Below, piece after piece: positions 18,601 to 20,115 of a stretch of DNA of 20,115 nucleotides. The notes beneath the pieces were generated by a model, which did no database searches, had not been told where the DNA came from, and saw nothing but the letters and a program-made list of their open reading frames with translations. Both the position numbers and the translations under genes were made by a program. Position 1 is the first letter of the stretch, and every line of letters begins with the position of its first letter. The DNA comes from Macrostomum lignano. Lineage: Eukaryota. The stretch is taken from NCBI GenBank assembly GCA_002269645.1, contig NIVC01003904.1, forward strand, positions 1 to 20,115, read 5' to 3'.

Positions 18601-19794
18601 CGGAGATCCTTCGCTATGCTATTCAATTCCTCACCTTCAAGATTGACGTCCTCGAGGCGTTCATCGTGCGACAATGCTGCGACCTGCTCGAAGGCCTGAT
18701 CCCGAAGCGCGAGGAGAAGGAGGGCGCGCTTAGGCCCGAGTTCTACCGCAGGCTGTACGTGTTCACCATCATGTGGTCGGTGGGCGCGCTGCTGGAGTGG
18801 GAGGACCGCAACAAGCTCGAGACGCAGATGCGGGAGCTGAAGCTGGACCTGCCCGAGTATGCAGCCGACTCCGACAACACCATGTTCGACTTCCTCGTTG
18901 GAGAGTCCGGCGAGTGCAGCACTGGGACGAGAAGGTGGAGGAGTTCCTCTACCCGACCGACAGCACCCCGAGTACGGCTCCATCCTGGTGCCCAATGTGG
19001 ACAACGTGCGCACCGAGTTCCTCATCCACACCATTCACAAGCAGGAGAAGCAGGTGCTGCTGATCGGTGAGCAGGGCACGGCCAAGACCGTCATGATCAA
19101 CAAATTCCTGGCCAAGTTCAACCCGGAGGAGCACATGAACAAGGCGCTCAACTTCTCCAGCGCCACCACGCCGATGATGTTCCAGCGGACCATTGAGAGC
19201 TACGTGGACAAGCGCATGGGCTCGACCTTCGGCCCGCCGGCCGCCGCAAGATGACCGTCTTCATCGACGACATCAACATGCCGGTTATCAACGAGTGGGG
19301 CGACCAGATCGCCAACGAGATCGTCCGCCAGCTGATGGAGAACTCTGGCTTCTACAACCTGGAGAAGCCGGGAGACTTCACCACCATCGTGGACATGCAG
19401 TTCATGGCCGCCATGATCCACCCCGGCGGCGCCGGAACGACATCCCGCAGCGGCTGAAGCGCCAGTTCAACATCTTCAACTGCACGCTGCCGTCCAACCC
19501 GAGCATCGACAAGATCTTCAGCGTCATCGGCTGCGGTCACTACTGCGAGGAGCGCGGCTTCCCCGAGGAGGTGCGCGCTATGGTGGCCAAGCTGGTGCCG
19601 CTGACCAGGCGCCTGTGGCAGCTCACCAAGATGAAGATGCTGCCGACCCCGGCCAAATTCCACTACGTGTTTAACCTGCGGGATCTCAGCCGGATCTGGC
19701 AAGGCATGATCAACACCGTCAGCGAGGTGGTCAAGGACTCCAGCGTGCTGCTCAGCCTGTGGAAGCACGAGTGCTGCCGAGTCATCTCCGACAG
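3577..19794 (+). CDS. DNAH5: Axonemal outer-arm dynein heavy chain, DNAH5/DNAH8 (gamma-type) family; 5' partial multi-exon gene join(3577-3678,5256-5478,6642-6986,7554-7894,10202-10870,11401-15846,16454-16837,17661-17847,17935-19794), continuing beyond the window
   Basis: Translated exons are colinear with my recollection of human DNAH5 (e.g. [58 protein letters not shown]). Motifs: AAA1 P-loop GPAGTGKT (15724-15747) and Walker B CFDEFNRI; AAA2 GPSGAGKT (18087-18110); AAA3 GEQGTAKT (19066-19089), typical of the DNAH5/8 class. All introns are GT..AG with matching phases. DNAH5 versus DNAH8 cannot be resolved without a phylogeny. Confidence 0.93.
4806..4820. promoter_or_regulatory. RFX X-box-like motif GTTGCT-ATT-GGAAAC
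   Basis: Fits GYTRYY-N1-3-RRHRAC; ~430 nt upstream of exon 2 of a motile-cilia gene; second near-match TTGACC-T-AGCAAC at 5001-5013. Confidence 0.55.
5256..5478 (+). CDS. DNAH5: Dynein HC exon 2 ([18 protein letters not shown]...[11 protein letters not shown]), extreme N-terminus
   Basis: Resembles human DNAH5 QRLKGEKEAKRALLDARH...EVEDAILEGNQ. Donor C|GTAAGC at 5478/5479 (phase 1). An in-frame ATG at 5250 is an alternative start. Confidence 0.9.
6052..6575 (+). repeat. 20-nt minisatellite (AGCATCCTGAGGGGATTGGT), ~26 copies, intron 2
   Basis: Visible 20-nt periodicity with occasional 19-nt units. Confidence 0.97.
6642..6986 (+). CDS. DNAH5: Dynein HC exon 3 ([22 protein letters not shown]...[13 protein letters not shown])
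   Basis: Acceptor ACTCCCAG| at 6641; donor A|GTGAGT at 6986/6987; phase 1-1. Matches DNAH5 KPKVFVT...GWGEL...FLSSLEGFV. Confidence 0.92.
7030..7550 (+). repeat. Compound 19-nt (ACTCTCCCATCCTCCTGGC) to 20-nt (ACTCTTCTATCATCCTTGGC) minisatellite filling intron 3
   Basis: 19-nt period to ~7260, then strict 20-nt period up to the acceptor AG at 7552-7553. Confidence 0.97.
7554..7894 (+). CDS. DNAH5: Dynein HC exon 4 ([12 protein letters not shown]...[14 protein letters not shown])
   Basis: Acceptor TTCTACCAG| at 7553; donor AAG|GTGAGC at 7894/7895; conserved [11 protein letters not shown] motif of the N-terminal tail. Confidence 0.95.
7981..8730 (+). repeat. (TCTCC)n pentanucleotide microsatellite, ~150 units, intron 4
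   Basis: Pure pyrimidine array with TCTTC and TTTCC variants. Confidence 0.99.
9035..9048 (+). promoter_or_regulatory. X-box-like motif GTTGCT-AT-GGACGC (intron 4)
   Basis: Perfect GTTGCTATGG strong half-site; weaker right half. Confidence 0.4.
9285..9298 (-). promoter_or_regulatory. X-box-like motif CTCGCC-AT-AGCAAC (intron 4)
   Basis: CCATAGCAAC is the exact reverse complement of the GTTGCTATGG at 9035-9044. Confidence 0.45.
9581..9810. repeat. Degenerate AT-rich 10-nt tandem repeat (~AATTAAAATT / ATTTAGAATG), ~22 units
   Basis: 10-nt phased units, e.g. AATGAAAATT/G x3, GATTTAAAAC GATTTAAAAT. Confidence 0.75.
10202..10870 (+). CDS. DNAH5: Dynein HC exon 5 ([21 protein letters not shown]...FKRQILELQ)
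   Basis: Acceptor CACCACCAG| at 10201; donor CAG|GTGCGT at 10870/10871; phase 0-0; strong DNAH5 similarity ([31 protein letters not shown]). Confidence 0.96.
10914..11360 (+). repeat. Degenerate 16-nt minisatellite (CTATGACCCAAGCTGT) in intron 5, interrupted by an insertion
   Basis: Best-preserved copies at ~11193-11272; decayed copies on both sides. Confidence 0.85.
11030..11183 (-). mobile_element. 154-nt GC-rich insertion flanked by a 16-nt direct repeat; probable 5'-truncated non-LTR retroelement or SINE
   Basis: Flanks TCTAGATGCCTATGAC (11014-11029) and TCTAGATACCTATGAC (11184-11199). The minus strand ends in a short tandem tail ...GAGTAAAGTAA. Confidence 0.6.
11401..15846 (+). CDS. 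DNAH5: Dynein HC exon 6, 4,446 nt: tail, linker and first half of AAA1
   Basis: Branch-like ACTAAT at 11361; acceptor CTCCAG| at 11400; donor AAG|GTAAGC at 15846/15847; uninterrupted ORF containing [10 protein letters not shown] and [11 protein letters not shown]. Confidence 0.97.
15969..16280 (+). mobile_element. tRNA-derived CORE-SINE (MIR-like core) in intron 6
   Basis: A-box TAGCGTAGTGG (15977-15987) and B-box GGTTCGATTCC (16021-16031). 16051-16111 (TGTGTCCTTGAGCAAGATACTTAACTCTGAATTGGTTCAGTTCTCCCAGCTGTAAAATGGG) resembles the MIR CORE (TGTGTGACCTTGGGCAAGTCACTTAACCTCTCTGAGCCTCAGTTTCCTCATCTGTAAAATGGG, from memory). TTA-rich tail near 16262-16280; the 3' boundary is approximate. Confidence 0.85.
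16454..16837 (+). CDS. DNAH5: Dynein HC exon 7, AAA1 ([19 protein letters not shown]...[12 protein letters not shown])
   Basis: Acceptor TTCCTTCCAG| at 16453; donor CAG|GTGAAC at 16837/16838; Walker B and [15 protein letters not shown] motifs. Confidence 0.96.
16859..17540 (+). repeat. 24-nt (with 18-nt variants) minisatellite CTCCTGCTGCTGCTCCTGACACTA, ~29 units, with 186-nt higher-order duplication; intron 7
   Basis: Direct periodicity; the block starting at 17221 recurs at 17407. Confidence 0.97.
17554..17630 (+). mobile_element. Possible 5' fragment of a non-autonomous Helitron-like element
   Basis: A|TCCTATATACTAAAA start followed by AAAAAATGGCTCAACCGATTTTCTTCAAACTT, resembling from memory the 5' ends of invertebrate non-autonomous Helitrons. 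No clear 3' hairpin. Confidence 0.3.
17661..17847 (+). CDS. DNAH5: Dynein HC exon 8 ([15 protein letters not shown]...LINDLFP)
   Basis: Acceptor CTAATTTCAG| at 17660; donor G|GTACGA at 17847/17848 (phase 1); conserved HYDFGLR motif. Confidence 0.96.
17935..19794 (+). CDS. DNAH5: Dynein HC exon 9, AAA2-AAA3; contains four apparent 1-nt deletions (~18916, ~18969, ~19243, ~19431)
   Basis: Acceptor CCCGCAG| at 17934; donor AG|GTGAGC at 19794/19795. Homologous peptide passes through successive frames (ORFs 17991, 18773, 18859, 19251, 19193). Adding one base at each of four sites restores ...[29 protein letters not shown]...[15 protein letters not shown]...[17 protein letters not shown]. Confidence 0.93.
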
Positions 19795-19828
19795 GTGAGC
19801 GCGCGGTGAACATTGAAATGAATGCTTG

Positions 19829-20115
19829 CTGTTAGTAGGATTATCTTAAAGTCAAATAGAACCATCTAGCTACTGTTAGTAGGATGATTTCAAAGTAAAA
19901 AATACAGCCATCTAGCTACTGTTAGTAGGATTATCTTAAAAGCAAATAGAGCCATCTAGCTACTGTTAGTAGGATTATTTTAAAGTCAAATCCAACCATC
20001 TAGCTACTGTTAGTAGGATTATCTTAAAGTCAAATAGAGCCAACTAGCTACTGTTAGTAGGATTATCTTAAAGTCAAATAGAACCATCTAGCTACTGTTA
20101 GTAGGATTATCTTAA
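19829..20115 (+). repeat. 44-nt tandem repeat (GTTAGTAGGATTATCTTAAAGTCAAATAGAACCATCTAGCTACT), >=6.5 copies, intron 9, runs off the window
   Basis: Unit starts at 19831, 19875, 19921, 19965, 20009, 20053 and 20097. Confidence 0.98.

Noticed and set aside
18911-19440. Programmed ribosomal frameshifting or RNA editing as the explanation for the frameshifts
   Set aside because: No slippery heptamers; four independent shifts in an essential motor domain are far better explained by sequencing error or pseudogenisation.
10166-19813. Many long antisense and off-frame ORFs overlapping dynein exons (e.g. 12043-13032, 14428-15237, 17967-19034)
   Set aside because: Shadow ORFs expected from strong G/C third-position bias; no independent motifs.

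Overview
Eukaryotic (invertebrate-like) genomic DNA. It carries the 5' ~60% of a + strand axonemal outer-arm dynein heavy chain gene of the DNAH5/DNAH8 (gamma-HC) family. About 2,850 codons lie on nine phase-compatible exons: 3577-3678 (candidate), 5256-5478, 6642-6986, 7554-7894, 10202-10870, 11401-15846, 16454-16837, 17661-17847 and 17935-19794. They cover the tail, linker, AAA1, AAA2 and most of AAA3, and the gene continues past the window. The last exon has four single-base deletions within ~520 nt, most likely assembly errors. Exons are GC/CpG-rich. Most introns carry their own unrelated tandem array (20-, 19/20-, 5-, 10-, 16-, 24- and 44-nt units). There is also a tRNA-derived CORE-SINE, a 154-nt insertion with a 16-nt target-site-like duplication, RFX X-box-like motifs upstream of exon 2 and in intron 4, and a degenerate interstitial (TTAGGG)n tract upstream. 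The style (huge GC-rich exons, satellite-filled introns) is reminiscent of a flatworm such as Macrostomum, but that is a guess. I see no convincing wholly new biological system. The best leads are regulatory (alternative or internal RFX promoters) and the overlap of intronic satellites with splice signals.
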